A model generated the notes under the pieces. The model made no database searches. It had not been told where the DNA came from and saw nothing but the letters and a program-made list of their open reading frames with translations. Of a stretch of DNA of 64,000 nt, positions 13,661 through 28,284 are shown one piece after another (within the stretch, counting starts at the first letter, position 1; each line of letters starts with the position of its first letter). The stretch spans positions 402,628,001 to 402,692,000 of the forward strand of contig OZ024740.1 in assembly GCA_964016885.1 (NCBI GenBank), given 5' to 3'. Both the position numbers and the translations under genes were made by a program. This stretch comes from Eledone cirrhosa. Lineage: Eukaryota.

Positions 13661-14406
13661 TGTTTGTATGTATGTGTGTGACTATATGTGTATGCATCTA
13701 TATATACAATATATATATATATATATGCGTGTGTGAGTGCGTATTTGTGTGTGTGTACATACGGATGGAGAGAGAGACAAATAGATATCTTTTGCATACT
13801 TACGTAGATGCACGACGTTACATTTGTGGAAATATGTGTTGGAATGCCTAGTTCTGTGAATGTAGGTATTTATGTCAATATGATCAAACACACCACTGAA
13901 GAGTGCTCGTAAATCTATGCAGATGTATGCACCCATGGCAATTAAAAATAAATAAACGCTTAGAGGTACACACCGAATAAGAAATCAAGCCACTGATAGA
14001 TCGATTCATTGAAAACAAAGTAGCAAAAAGCGAGACATGAAGATATGTATACGGTCGAATCTCTTTCACTCTGTATCTAATCTTGAAAAGAATGAAACAA
14101 GCAGCATACTCACATACCAACCCTGATGGCTTCTGTCTATTTCCTTCTTTTTCTCTCTGTTTTACACACACAAATGTAATTTCTATCACCCTTGATCAAT
14201 TTCGTCTCCCTCTCTCAATAATATTCTAACCCTAACTCTAACCCCAACATTTACCCATGCATGCGCACACCCATTCACAGATACGTCCATCAATTCATAC
14301 ACTTTTTTCTACCACAAAACAATATATCTTACGCACTCTTTCTATATAGCAATCTTACGTTAAAATCACATACACCTTCTCGCACATTCTTTCATTTTTC
14401 CTTCTT

Positions 14407-14505
<99 letters not shown>

Positions 14506-14568
14506 GTATATATATATATATATGTGTGTGTATGTATATATATATATATATGTATCTATATCTATATA

Positions 14569-14637
<69 letters not shown>

Positions 14638-14897
14638 ATACGTACAGACATACGACAGCTATCTTACTTTCTCCTTCTCCACGCCACGCCCCCACAAAAG
14701 CAGCAAAGAACCGATAGACATTAGATAAACTAGACTTGTCTAGACAAAAATGGGTTTTTTCTCTTTGTTGTCATTTACCATCTACTTTAAAGGAAACTAT
14801 CGACAAAAACCATCATTCACAATATAGATAAACATACACACAGACCTACAGCCATTTATAAATACTTACATGCATGCATACCTCTTATACATATACA

Positions 14898-14971
<74 letters not shown>

Positions 14972-15139
14972 TGTATGTGTGTATGTCAGTATGTATGTAT
15001 GAATGTATGTATGTCTATACAAGTGAGTTTACATTTAATCATGTCCCCTCTTTATATATTTTCCGTTCTCTCCTTGTAGCACTCTGTCACTCTTTCCTAC
15101 TCTTTCTCGAACATATAGTATGGATATGTATTATATATT

Positions 15140-15345
15140 ATGTGTGACCCGTATTCCATTGGTGGTAACCACAGTTAGTAAGGTACCCTATACATTGGTA
15201 GGGGATAAACATCAAGCTTACCATAGAAATGGCTTCTACAGGACTAGAGCAGTTTAATTCAAAATACATCACGAGAGAAGCTTGAAGATTTCATTTAAAT
15301 GAAATAGTTCTTGCTCTGTAGAAGCCATTTCTATATTAAACTTTA
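15140..15345 (-). mobile_element. Degenerate fold-back element with HHR 3' half
   Basis: Arms atagaaatggcttctacag / ctgtagaagccatttctat span 15223-15334. The arm consensus resembles GAAAC-wgytcta-GTC. Abuts (TA)n. Confidence 0.5.
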
Positions 15346-15349
15346 TATA

Positions 15350-15415
<66 letters not shown>

Positions 15416-15933
15416 GATATATATGTAAACCTATATATCCGGATGCCAGTTTAAATTGTACATAGACATCATTTATACAGATATAGAGACTTATCCTTTT
15501 CAATTACATACACACAGAGTCTTGAAACAGACTTTTACAAAATATTTTATGTCCTTAAAGAAGAAAACACCAAAGCTCTGTAAACATTAACAGCAATAAC
15601 AAAAACGACAATATGAATAGCAAGACGGGCAGCTAGAGGATCACTAAATATAATCAGCAATCTTGTGAAGTAGAAATTGGCGAGTAATGAATTGTTTCTA
15701 TTATTTTGGTTTTATTTACATTCATTTTTTTTTTTCTTTCAATTGTTTTTCTGTTTATGTTGTGTTTTATGTCAACCATGTTATTCTCAGTCCTTTGAAC
15801 CCGTTAGTTCTACCAATCAAGTTCATCTGGAAATTGATGATACAGCGATTTTCACCATTTTATTACAATACACATAAGTTTATATGTCTTATGCAAATAT
15901 TCAAGTACGTATGTATGTATATATATATATATA

Positions 15934-16041
<108 letters not shown>

Positions 16042-16331
16042 CAGTAATCAAAGTTCAGTTTAAGTCATTTATTTGCTTACAATTGTTTCCTCCAAACCGA
16101 GGTTTGGATTCTTCGGAGCAGTTATTTATAACATACTTGACCTCCTTTTCAACCCAAGAGACACATAAAACATATGCGCACATTGATCAACAGTGGGGTG
16201 ACATTCATCAAATGAAATAGCATGGCAATTTACATATAAAGTGTTACATGATAAAAATAAAGTGTTACATGATAAAAATAAAATAAAATAAAAGCAAGAG
16301 TGAAAATAAAGATAAACATGAAGCGTTGGCA

Positions 16332-16389
<58 letters not shown>

Positions 16390-16402
16390 GGGGGGGGGGA
16401 TG

Positions 16403-16455
<53 letters not shown>

Positions 16456-16807
16456 GACTAGAACTGTTTCATTCGTATAGAAATCATCAGGAAAGCCGAC
16501 TGTCCGACTGTCAATGTAATAAGACCTAACCAATGAATACCCATTGTTTGCTTGGGATAAATGAACCTTAAAATTTAGGAGTGCCTCTGTGTTTTTGTGT
16601 TTGTCTATAGGTACTTAGCGTGAATTTACTTCTGCCTTTTGTATTACTAAGTATATTTCTCTCTAAATATAGTTTTTAGATAATCCCCTTTCTTTAAATC
16701 CATCAAATAATTACCTCCATCCATCCCAAATCACCACCCTCTCCTACCACCAGAAAATATATAAATACCACCTTATTATATCGACAGTCGGCTTTCCTAA
16801 TGAATTC

Positions 16808-16810
<3 letters not shown>
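16456..16810 (-). mobile_element. Short PLE-like element with an HHR core at its end and an inverted terminal piece
   Basis: Minus strand 16500-16456 reads gtcggctttc CTGATGA tttc tatac gaat GAAAC agttcta GTC, then TA repeat. An inverted copy gacagtcggctttcctaatgaattctat lies at 16783-16810. Confidence 0.7.
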
Positions 16811-16838
<28 letters not shown>

Positions 16839-16857
16839 ATATAAATTCATTCGTATA

Positions 16858-17323
<466 letters not shown>

Positions 17324-17566
17324 GTTTATATATATGTATATATATATAGAGAGATATGTATATATATATATAACCTCTTTACTACTACTACTACACACAC
17401 ACACACACACACACACATATTTGTTTTGAAAAACTTATTTCTCAGTGACTTCTCAATCAGCCGACACAAACCTACATTTGGCGCAAAATAAATTTTTAAC
17501 ATTCACATGACCTCTACCGACCAATCAAAATTGTTTTGACCACAAGAATTTTTGCAACACGAATTG

Positions 17567-17875
17567 AGCAAAGGCACTGCAGAAAGCCAGTCCCACTCTC
17601 TTAACCAAGATGATATTTACCAAAAAGAGAACAAGTCAACATCATTGGATACCATCAGGGTTGCAGGTGTTATATCAGAGTTTTCCTTCTCCTAGAATTA
17701 TGCCTTGACAAAGGCTAAGGGGTCATCTCTCCCGGTGATTTTAGATGGCCATTGACTCTTAAGAGCTCCTTTGCTCTTTGACAGATTTTGTTTTTAGTCC
17801 TGCAGTATGTCCAAAGTCACCCTCCTCGCCAAGAAACTTTGGTGGGGTTGCCAGTTTAGTCGCCAACAACCCGAC
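17567..17875 (-). mobile_element. RTE-type 5' UTR fragment shared with 24796 and 49625
   Basis: The minus strand has ctaggagaaggaaaactctgatataacacctg, a motif I recognise from RTE 5' UTRs. Near-identical to 25046-25225 and 49625-49793. Confidence 0.75.
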
Positions 17876-18918
17876 CGTGTATGTATGAATGTATGCATGT
17901 ATACGTGCTACATGTTTCGTATTTTTGAATTCCGTTAGAGTTATTACACCATATCACCCTCCAAATAAAGAAAGTAAAGTAAAAAACGTTAGACAGATAA
18001 AACAGAAACATATTTTGTGTTGTCTCCCCATTACTCATAGAACAATTATATTTATCTTTGGTTTTCTCACCGCATATTGGATTATAATTTTGCATCTTAA
18101 AGATTTCTGGTTTTAAACTTGCCGACATCCACTTTAGTACGTGTACAACAATATTAGCAATATTAGTAACAAAATAGTCACACATATTATATATTGTTGC
18201 ATAACCTGCTAAAAATCTCACGAGAACTTCCTTCGATAGACCGTGATATACATTGGGATGGTATATTTATGGTTTAAGCTTCGCTGATCATATGACTGCA
18301 GGTCGAAGCAGACTTCGGGTTTATAACATCAAACATTCCTGCACAATTATTGGAATTGCTTATGGTGAGTGAAGTTTGTAAAATGAAGATAAGTTCCTGC
18401 AGAACGAAGTCTACAATACTGAATATATTCCTGGGTAGGTCATTTCAACTCATTCCACGTAACGTTAGACTGACGGTTACATCCAACACATAGCAGAATA
18501 TATGAATCTTTATTTTCATGTTGGGAAACAGGTGTTCATTTAACGACCCATTAATAAAAGAAAAAAAGCAGTTTTGTTTACTATATAAATCAAAGAGTTT
18601 TTTTGTGTTACATATTACAGAGACATCTTTAAATTTTAGAGAGGCAGAAACTCTGATTTCTCTCTTTGTAAAATGAAATATTTTGTTGTGGTTGGAGAAA
18701 GTGAATGAATTCGACACGAGATTTTTAATATGATACTAGTGGAAATACCATTATGAGATATTTACAACGTCGTCGGTAACATTTCTGGCTTAAATGATGT
18801 GTAATAGAGAATCTGTTACATTGAAATCTGCCTTTTCAGGAGCTTAACTTTGGTGTTTGACACTCACAAATTATTCAATTTTTTAAACTTAATTTTGATA
18901 CACACCCACCCACACGTT

Positions 18919-18975
<57 letters not shown>

Positions 18976-18976
<1 letters not shown>

Positions 18977-19074
18977 TTGTTATACTTTGGGAGGGTCATG
19001 TTGCCAAAGTATAACAATATCGGTTTCAACACACGATTTCAGATAAAGAATCTTGCTAAACAAATTCAGAAACG

Positions 19075-19078
<4 letters not shown>
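18976..19078. repeat. Tiny TA-embedded repeat with hairpin (related pieces at 42327-42382, 60154-60177, 60232-60250)
   Basis: attgttatactttgg-gagggtcatgttg-ccaaagtataacaat, ending acaaattcagaaacga. Confidence 0.6.
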
Positions 19079-19113
<35 letters not shown>

Positions 19114-19817
19114 TATATGTATGTATATGTATGTGTGTGTGTGTGAGTCTAAGTGTGTAGGCATAGCTTTTCTTTCACGCAGGGTATATGGAAAGCACAA
19201 CTGAGTAAATAACTAGATAAAACATTTATTAGTGATATGCTAATAATCCCTTTATGTTCAGTTTATGCAATGTCCATTGGAATTTGTGTTGAAAATTTAA
19301 AGGCTCTTAACGGAAGCTATTTAGGTGATTCTCTATAAAAGCTTTACATTTTAATAGGAAAATACGAATTAAAAGTAACCACACTTGAAATCCGAAGAAG
19401 TAAACGAATATTTCTGACTAGTGGATACTCACACACGTTAGAACTCCAAGCTGTAGAATAATATAAGAGCAAATTTGGCTCAAAGATATGTCAGAAGCAA
19501 TACACAGTACATAGACACACACGACATATTGTACATTACATGAACCAGATGCTTCTTTATTATAAGATAAAGGAATACGTATATTATAAAATACGAATGA
19601 ATTTCCATCGCTTTCCACAATGCGTATGCCAATGTTTTAATCAACATAACAGCTTGCGCATGGAATCAAATTGTAAATGGCTGAACATTACGCAGACAAG
19701 AGTCGCATTAACATAATTCTCATGGAGATTCAGCGCAGAACAATGTTCATCAATGCTGGTGCTATGAAACACAGATTTACTTCATCCAAATGTTTTCCAA
19801 ACACATTCCCTCATCCC

Positions 19818-19940
19818 AATTTCACTCACAAATCATGGTACGACCTGAAGAATAGTAAATAACACTAGCCCAAAATGAGACGCAGTGGGTTCGAACAGGG
19901 ATACAATCTTGCAAAACAATTCGGCCATACTGCAGCCACA
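19818..19940 (-). mobile_element. Degenerate SINE (family C; related pieces near 7700-7760 and 47240-47370)
   Basis: aatttcactcacaa...aacactagcccaa...gcagtgggttcgaac...cagccac. B-box-like motif on the minus strand. Confidence 0.5.
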
Positions 19941-21170
19941 AAACAGAACCCCTTTATCAGATAAGCAAAATTTTAAAAAAATGAAGACGAATAACAAACA
20001 TACCAGAATTAATTTTTTTCACAAGAGCATGGAAGCAATAACACATATTTTAAATAATCAATGTAATACACGTATATATGTGTGTGGGGGGAGGGTGTGT
20101 GTGTGCGTGTTTTTGATACATTAGATTATATATATGTATATATATTATATATATATATGTGTATGTGTGATACATTAGATTATATATATATGTATATATA
20201 TATATATATCATATATATATGTGTGTGTGTGTGTGTTTATCGAAATGATATACGATATAGTTGTTTGACATTGCTCGCTTATGAAATGCTTGAGATGGAA
20301 ATTCACTGTAAGTCTCCCAAATGACATCTCTAAATAAAGAAATAAGCACACAAAACTTTACCATGAAATCTATCATATTCTATCCTGTCTAAAGACCTTT
20401 TACTTGTAACGTACAGTGTAAAATGTTAACGATATTTCATAGTGTTATCCACGTTATTTCAGATCCGTTTTTGCAAAGAACATCACCAATGGAACGTGTT
20501 ATTTTAAAAAATTAGTCAATCTACCATACACGTGTACGCTGTTTTTAAATAAACAATTATTTTGTTGTTGTAGTATCGGTGTTGAATTGGGTAGCAATAG
20601 TTATAATGGTTAGGGGGTGGGTGGTTAAATTCTGAAGAATTTCTGGTGAAGGATGACATAGATTTAGTTCTCATTTTCTCTGTATGTTTTTTGTTATTTT
20701 ATTTTATTTTCAAAGTAAGAAATAATACATCATGATAAACGTAAAATGAGCGTGAATAGCAGATAGAAGGAAAATTATATACTTATTTATATATGTTTTT
20801 TTATTTTTTCGAAGTGTTGTATTTCCAGACGAGGCTGTTTGTTTATGAGTGTAAAACACACATTTAGTGGCCGTAAAGTATGGACATGGTAGATATGTTT
20901 AGCAACAGACTGTTGTTACAAAGATATGTCTTCGACGGGCGAGGCAGATATGTATCGTAGGTTTTCTTTTTTTGTGGGGTTGTTGTTTTATCATTTGACC
21001 AATTAAAACTACCTTGCTTGTTATTCTTTCGCATTGAATTACGTATGACAGATATACTAACAGACATGACAGCAGAGTGGAATGGAATGAATAAATGGGT
21101 GGAGTATGTGTAACAAGGGACTGGACTTAGATTTATGTAGTAAGTGAGGGTGGTTGGAAATAATTCCAAC

Positions 21171-21310
21171 AGTAGTAGTAGTAGTAGTAGTAGTAGCAGC
21201 AGCAGCAGCAGCGGTGGTGGTAGTAGTAGTATTAGTAGTAGTAGTAGTAGTAGCAGCAGCAGCAGCAGCGGCGGCGGTGGTGGTGGTAGTGGTAGTAGTA
21301 GTAGTAGTAG
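21171..21310. repeat. Compound trinucleotide microsatellite (GTA/GCA/GTG)n
   Basis: Direct inspection. Confidence 0.95.
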
Positions 21311-21377
21311 ACAATCGTTATAGTCTCGGACAAAATATATAACTCACGGGTTTTGTTCCTTCTTTTTATCTCCTTAA

Positions 21378-21588
21378 CCCTTTAGCATTTAAACCGGCCA
21401 TATCCGGCCAGAATTCTCTGAACTCTTTCTCTTAAAACCGGCTGTAACAGGCCACACATACAGATGTTAAGGTATTGCTCTCAAAATAAACAATATCAAA
21501 AACTCAGAGATTCGATATTATGTGAGATAGTTATGCCTTTACCATGAAAATACAATAGTATATAGAAAGTAATGTAAATGCTAAAGGA
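21378..21588. mobile_element. piggyBac-like MITE
   Basis: TTAA|CCCTTTAGCATTTA ... TAAATGCTAAAGGA|TTAA: 14 bp TIR with one mismatch and a TTAA target duplication. Confidence 0.85.
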
Positions 21589-21899
21589 TTAAATCAAATC
21601 CAGTTTGGTTCAACTTTACCAATCATTATTTCGGAGACGATAAAATGAAGAAATATTCAAGTACTGGGGTCGATATCATCAACTTACTCTTTCACCACTA
21701 CATTGTTAACCTTGAGTGAAATTGGGAAAGCATTAAATATTATTTCTCAAAGATTAAAGGCAGTGGAAATGACTGAAACTTTAGAATGTCTAAGAATATA
21801 CAATACAGTATTTACTTACGGCCATTCATATTCAAGGTGGGATTTAACAAAGTAACAATTAAATAAAATAACGAGAACAAAAGCAGTTGTATATAATAT

Positions 21900-22260
21900 T
21901 AAAATAACAAGACCTAAATTTCGCAATAGAGGCACAGACCATCGAAGCCGATCAAGAAGAACTACATCTAGATTAAGTTGACCAACAACATTGAGTACCC
22001 GTTTCTAGACTTAAGAAGCTTTCCAAGTGGAGACCGCTTCATTCGGGCTATGTTTGCTATTCTCACGCACTTTTCACCACATTTCCTGGTGGGAAGCAAC
22101 ACCATGTCCACTCTCACTTTCCTCAATGAAGGCTTGTCTATCTTAAAACATTTTTAATTAATCCACCAAACAACATGCTTCAAGGTAGCCGCCAGACAAG
22201 AAATAATTGCCAGCCTTTCTCGAAGACAAAACGCATCTTCTATATAAGCGGATATCTCCT
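21900..22260 (-). mobile_element. Degenerate 3' fragment of a Tx1/L1-like LINE
   Basis: The reverse complement aligns by eye to 58950-59185 (gtgagagtggac...cccaccag...gcgtgagaatagc...gcccg versus gtgagggtggag...ccccccag...gggtgaatgtagc...gcccg). Confidence 0.55.
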
Positions 22261-22399
22261 ATATGTGATATTTAAGGAGTGCATGCAAAACGGTTTCATC
22301 TCTATTTCGTCTATCTCACTCAGTTGAAGACATATCCGGGAGATGGCAATTCATTCCAGCATCCCCACCATACCACAGGTAGCACTGGGCCAGCAATTT

Positions 22400-22690
22400 A
22401 TCGAAGAGGAAGGTCGATTAAATATACCACAATACTTGACTGGTACTTTATATTATCGACCACTAAAGATGGAAGGTAAAGTTTACTTCAGTGGGATTTG
22501 AACTCAGAACATAAAGAGGCGGAAAATAATATTGATACTTTATTTAATCGACCCGTAAGGATGAACGGCAAAGCTAAGCTCGGTGGGATTGTAAATCAAA
22601 ACACAAGGACGTAACTAAATGTAAATCAAAACGTAAAGGACGGAATGCATTTTGTCTGACGCTCTACCGAAGTCACTAACCCACCGCCTC
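22400..22690 (-). mobile_element. Two tandem family A SINE copies
   Basis: ctggtactttat...tcgacc...gatg...aaagt...gggatttgaactcag occurs twice. Confidence 0.75.
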
Positions 22691-23117
22691 CTATTTTGAC
22701 TCAATAATAATATCATATATTTATGGTAATTGGCCAAGGAAATTGTAAGTACAAACCCTGCCATCTTGGAATTTGACCATCAGATATCCGGCACCTATAT
22801 ATAATACCAGTAATATACTTCTGACAATTGTTTAAATGTATGAATGTATGTGTGTATATGTCTTCCTGTTGATAAAGTGTGTTTCTGTATAAGATATATA
22901 TAGAGAGAGAGAGATAGCGAGGGAGTGAGAGAGTGAGAGACACAGAAGAGAGAGAGAAAACTAGACAGTCAGTACTGTTTAATACTTAGATGATTCTGTT
23001 ATCCTACACCACACAAACATCAACATGGCTCAGAGTTGTAGTGAAAATGAACGCTAAAGTCTGTGTATGTATACAGATGAACATAAACACACGTCTAAAT
23101 ATACATACATGTATGTC

Positions 23118-23175
<58 letters not shown>

Positions 23176-23198
23176 GACATACATGTATGTATATATTT

Positions 23199-23249
<51 letters not shown>

Positions 23250-23298
23250 TACATATACATATATATATACATATATATATATACATAGATATAGATAT

Positions 23299-23360
<62 letters not shown>

Positions 23361-23395
23361 ATATATATATCTATGTATATATATATATATATATA

Positions 23396-23487
23396 TACAT
23401 AAATATTACAAACATACACACGCGCACAAACACGGACACACAGACACACACATACACACACGCACACGCACAAACACAGACACACAC

Positions 23488-23524
<37 letters not shown>

Positions 23525-23581
23525 TGTGTACGTAACTATATGTACGTATATATATATATATGTGCACGTAACTATATGTAC

Positions 23582-23623
<42 letters not shown>

Positions 23624-23673
23624 GTACATATAGTTACGTGCACATATATATATATACGTACATATAGTTACGT

Positions 23674-23711
<38 letters not shown>

Positions 23712-23807
23712 GTGTGTGTCTGTGTTTGTGCGTGTGCGTGTGTGTATGTGTGTGTGTCTGTGTGTCCGTGTTTGTGCGCGTGTGTATGTTTGTAATATTT
23801 ATGTATA
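23396..23807. repeat. Near-perfect ~410 bp palindrome centred on (TA)n at ~23600
   Basis: acataaatattacaaacatacacacgcgcacaaacacggacac... is the reverse complement of ...gtgtccgtgtttgtgcgcgtgtgtatgtttgtaatatttatgt. The inner gtgcacgtaactatatgtacg is also mirrored. Confidence 0.9.
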
Positions 23808-24364
23808 CAGGAATGTATGTATCTATAATATATTAGCAGTGGGTCAAAGGTTACAGTAGTGGCATACCAAAATCTTATTACCCAAATATCTTGAGGCAGT
23901 AACAACTTTGCCATACGTGGTGCTAAAACAAGTTTAAGGAATTCAAGATAGTTGGAATGGGTGAGTTGTGGTGAGTGGAACCAAAGAGAAAGACGGATAA
24001 ATCACTCACATTTTTTTGCTATGTAGTACAAACATACAAGGTTTTAAATTAGTTAAACAGAATAGAAAGTTAGTAGACAACACAAAACAAACAAACGAAG
24101 AAGTGTTGAATAGCAGAATAGTTTCATTTCAAAGTTCGGATAATGGAAATGTTGATAAATAGTAATAAATCTAAATATTAAATAATAAACGTAGAGGAAT
24201 TGTAGTAAATTTAAATTTAATTTCAAGAGAAAAGAAAATCATTATATCGCCTCATAACTTACATTGTGAGACTCTTCCAGCATAATTCAGATAATCATAC
24301 ATGACTTGTTTCTACATCATTCTCTATATATGTATACACATTTATCTATCAATTTCTCTCTCTC

Positions 24365-24442
<78 letters not shown>

Positions 24443-24470
24443 CACTCTCTCTATCTCTCGCTCTTTCTCT

Positions 24471-24518
<48 letters not shown>

Positions 24519-24522
<4 letters not shown>

Positions 24523-24763
24523 GTATAAAAATCAATAGAATATAATTACCTCATTACCAGAGGTTTCCCGAATGAGGCGAATACGAAATAAACGACTTCA
24601 TTCGTTCGTCAGACGTTTATTTCGTATTCGCCTCATTCGGGAAACATCTGGTAATGAGGTAATTATATTGTATTGGTTTTTATACATTAAATTTTGCTCT
24701 GATACTTACATAGAGCACTCTTCATTTCTATGACCTTTTCTGTTTCCAACGGAAATTTCAATA

Positions 24764-24765
<2 letters not shown>
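24519..24765 (+). mobile_element. Short fold-back PLE-like element with HHR core, in (TA)n
   Basis: Arms are 24519-24594 and 24614-24689. Minus strand from 24612 reads CTGACGA aCGAATGA...TCATTCGg GAAAC ctctg GTA atgagg. Unique tail 24690-24765. Confidence 0.75.
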
Positions 24766-24795
<30 letters not shown>

Positions 24796-24796
<1 letters not shown>

Positions 24797-25235
24797 TTGC
24801 TGCCAACACGTTTTCGAGTACGACCACTACTTTATATCTATGTAGGAGAACCCCAACTGATGCGCTAAACGAGTGTGACTTTTTAGTCCAGCCAGCGACT
24901 TGAAAACTCTGGTACAAACACTACACTTGTGACGATTACTGACACATAGTGCTGGGCCCATGCTACCATGTGATGACAAGTGCAGAGAGATCTCCAGATA
25001 TAAAGCAATGTCTGTGCCGTGAAGATTTTATAGTGAGCAAAGGCACTGCACAAAGCCAGTCCCACTCTCTTAACCAAGATGATATTTACCAAAAAGAAGA
25101 ACAAGTCAACATCATTGGATACCGTCAGGGTTGCAGGTGTTATATCAGAGTTTTCCTTCTTGACAAAGGCTAAGGGGTCATCTCTCCTGGTGATTTTGGA
25201 TGGCCATTGACTCTTAAGAACTCCTTTGCCCTTTG
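24796..25235 (-). mobile_element. Non-autonomous bipartite RTE derivative (5' UTR joined to 3' end)
   Basis: Reverse complement of 49625-50023, with a small deletion in the ctaggagaagg motif. Confidence 0.8.
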
Positions 25236-25985
25236 ACATATATATATGTGTGTATGTGTATATACATATAGATATAGATGTATATACATTTACATATAGA
25301 TACACGCACACACACATATATAAGTATATATCAGCCAAAGACACTCACACATGCACACATGGGAACAAATATGAATGTGTATCTGTGTATATGAATGTAT
25401 TAATGTATGAGTCGCTCTGCATATAGTTATGTACTCTATGATTCAATGTCTTTGAATGAAGATAAATATATATATATAGTGTATAAATGATAAAAGACGA
25501 ATGAAACATGAATATTGACTTGTAGGTACATTTGGGCATAGTAAATCAGTAATGTTATCTATCTCTTGTTGTTTTCTTTTAGCTTGTCTCTCGTGAAATG
25601 AGACATAGTAGTGTGTAAGTAAATAAATGCCTTGTGTTACTTAGTTACGTTCTTTTAAATATAATGTTTTCCAATGACTCACTTTGCATTCATGATACCT
25701 TGATCGATAAAATGCATACCATTCGTGTAATAGTGCCGATAAAAGGTGAGTGTATATTTGATAGTTTATAATATAGGAGCAGATATTGGTACTTAGTTAT
25801 ATCTTATTATCGACACATTCAGCTAGTGAGTTCCAATCAGACAAGTAGTATTTTGGATACAACGTTATTTATATATTTTAAAAACTTATAATCAAGTAGA
25901 ACATTAACATATTACATTACAATAGTAATATATAATTATATCTTCGACAAGCTTCGTCTCTTAATTATATAAATACACATTGCTA

Positions 25986-26407
25986 TAGTGGAATTTGTGC
26001 TGCTGTACGGGTCTGAGACATGGACACTGACCAAGAAACTCACTCAGATGGTGGATGTGTGCTACACGAGAATGCTGACGATGGCTCTGAACATTAATCA
26101 GTATACACTGAGGATGAAAAACTCAGAGCTGTATGGGAGCCTCCCAAAAGTCAGCTCAAACGTGACACAGAGGAGACTGATGTTAGCTGGACATGCTCAC
26201 CGACATCCAGGGTTGACATTGCACTCAGTGCTCCTCTCGGGGCCCCTACATGGACACACTGGAAGAAGAAGACCAAGGTTAACGTATGTTGATTCCATAA
26301 GGCCAAACACTAGTCTGTTGGAGACACAGGACATGGCAGAGCTAATGAGGGACAGAGACCGCTCGAGAGAACTCGTCAATGGTTCTCGGAAATTTTACCC
26401 GGCCTAG
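25986..26407 (+). mobile_element. RTE-clade LINE 3' end
   Basis: VLLYGSETWTLTK...CYTRML...RRLMLAGHAHRH...GRRRPRLTYVD with stop at 26407. Confidence 0.9.
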
Positions 26408-26410
26408 AAT

Positions 26411-26527
<117 letters not shown>

Positions 26528-26622
26528 GTTAGACGAATAGAATGGACATAGCTTCGGTCGTTTCCTCAATCACTCAATCATTAGTTCGTACTATTAGATT
26601 CAAGCCCAATATATATTGGATA

Positions 26623-26705
26623 TATTGGGTTGTCAAGTATGAAATTTGTAGAAATTCGTAGAACAAAAACAAATTTCTACAAATATCATACTTGACGACC
26701 CAAGA
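26623..26705. mobile_element. mariner/Tc1-like mini-MITE
   Basis: ta-ttgggttgtcaagtatgaaatttgtagaaatt ... aatttctacaaatatcatacttgacgacccaa: ~32 bp TIRs in a TA context. Confidence 0.7.
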
Positions 26706-28284
26706 TATATATTATAAATTGTATATTACATATACAATTTATTCAATTTCTTACAATAGATCTCCTGTTTCAGCAAACCGATTTGGGGTTTTCCTGTGCT
26801 CTCAATAATAACAGAAGCACCGTTCTCCTGTAATTTTTTCTAACATATAAAATGTGTGTACATATTTGAGGTGCGAATAATCAAAATACATATTTGATTT
26901 TGCATTTAATTTAATATAATTATAAATTCTTCATGACCCCTTTCGTGGTTAATGGTGAGGGTATATAAATAACTATTGAAGATACGTGAAATATTATCAT
27001 TATATCTATGATTGAAACACCGTAAGATAGCATATTGAGAGAGAATTAAACACATCATTTAGAGCCACGATATTAGAAGAACGCTTAGTGGCGAATCTCT
27101 TATGGTAAACATGTAAAACTATTGTGAGATTGATGTGAACTCGTACCGTTTTATTTAATTTTGCGGTTTCTATAATATAAGAGTTAAGTACAATATATAT
27201 ACATTTAAAGATATTATTGACGGTGGCACACATATACACACTCATACACACATACACACACATATATATGTGTGTGTGCGCGTGTATATATATATGCGAC
27301 TGTGTGTGCGTGTGTGTTGTAGAATGTGGTAAAAGAGGAAGAAATGGAGAGTATTCATGGCTTGTGTAAGTGTATTGGTAATAGATTTTTCTCCGCAAGT
27401 ATATCATTGATGTCAATATTTTACGAAATATATATAAGCACAAAAAGACCGATCCTTTTGAAAGTTCTTTCACAACAAGTTATTACTTGACAGCTAAACC
27501 ATGAATCCTTGTTAACTAGTTCCCAATAAATTGAGAAAAATGAATCAAAGAGAGACGCTCCATTATAGAAAGATATAAAAGTATTGAAAGCTATAAAGAT
27601 TACTTTCAAGATGGATGTTACTTACGTTTGGACACTGAAACATATGAAATGCATTTTCCATGTTCGTTAGACATGAGTAGTGGTTGTAGTAGAAGTAGTA
27701 GTTAGTCACCGTCAGTAGAAGCTCTTAGCCGTTGGTTCAAATCAGATTTTTCATGTCCTCGTAACTTTATCGATATACGGAAACATTATACGATATTGCT
27801 ATTAGGTAATTTTAAAGTACGGCTCTCTGTTTTGTTATACTTTCACGAAAGCGCGTTAATTGTGTTGTCGTTATAGTTGTGGGTGCTGTTGTTGTTAGTG
27901 TTGTTGCTATTACTTTTATCCTATATTTCTTATTAAACCTTGCTTATTTTAGGAACCTATGGTCAAATGCATGTACACTTTGTTTTTAGCACAATCTAGT
28001 AGGCCTCAGATTAGTTAATGTTTCCTTGTAGGAATTTTCTTTGCAGGCTATAGAATGTGGTTTAAATCGGATATAACTGCTTTTTCTAGCGGACTTAGTA
28101 AGCAGGTATGCACACTCTATATTTTGAGGCAATCAGCCAGATAAATAGGGTCGGCGGTCTTTGTCTATGACTGATAAATGAGTGATCTTCGGTTTTGTTT
28201 CAATTATGCTTATATATGTGTATTCATCACCAAAGGCAGTCCAGTATGAACTTAACTCTACTTGTATGTCAGCGGCTAGACTGC

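Noticed and set aside
17811-17875. HDV-like ribozyme at the RTE 5' end (cctcctcg motif)
   Set aside because: The motif is antisense to the element, and I could not build P1/P3 with correct loop lengths by eye.
18240-18364. Plus-strand coding exon (ag...gtgagt)
   Set aside because: All three frames contain stops.
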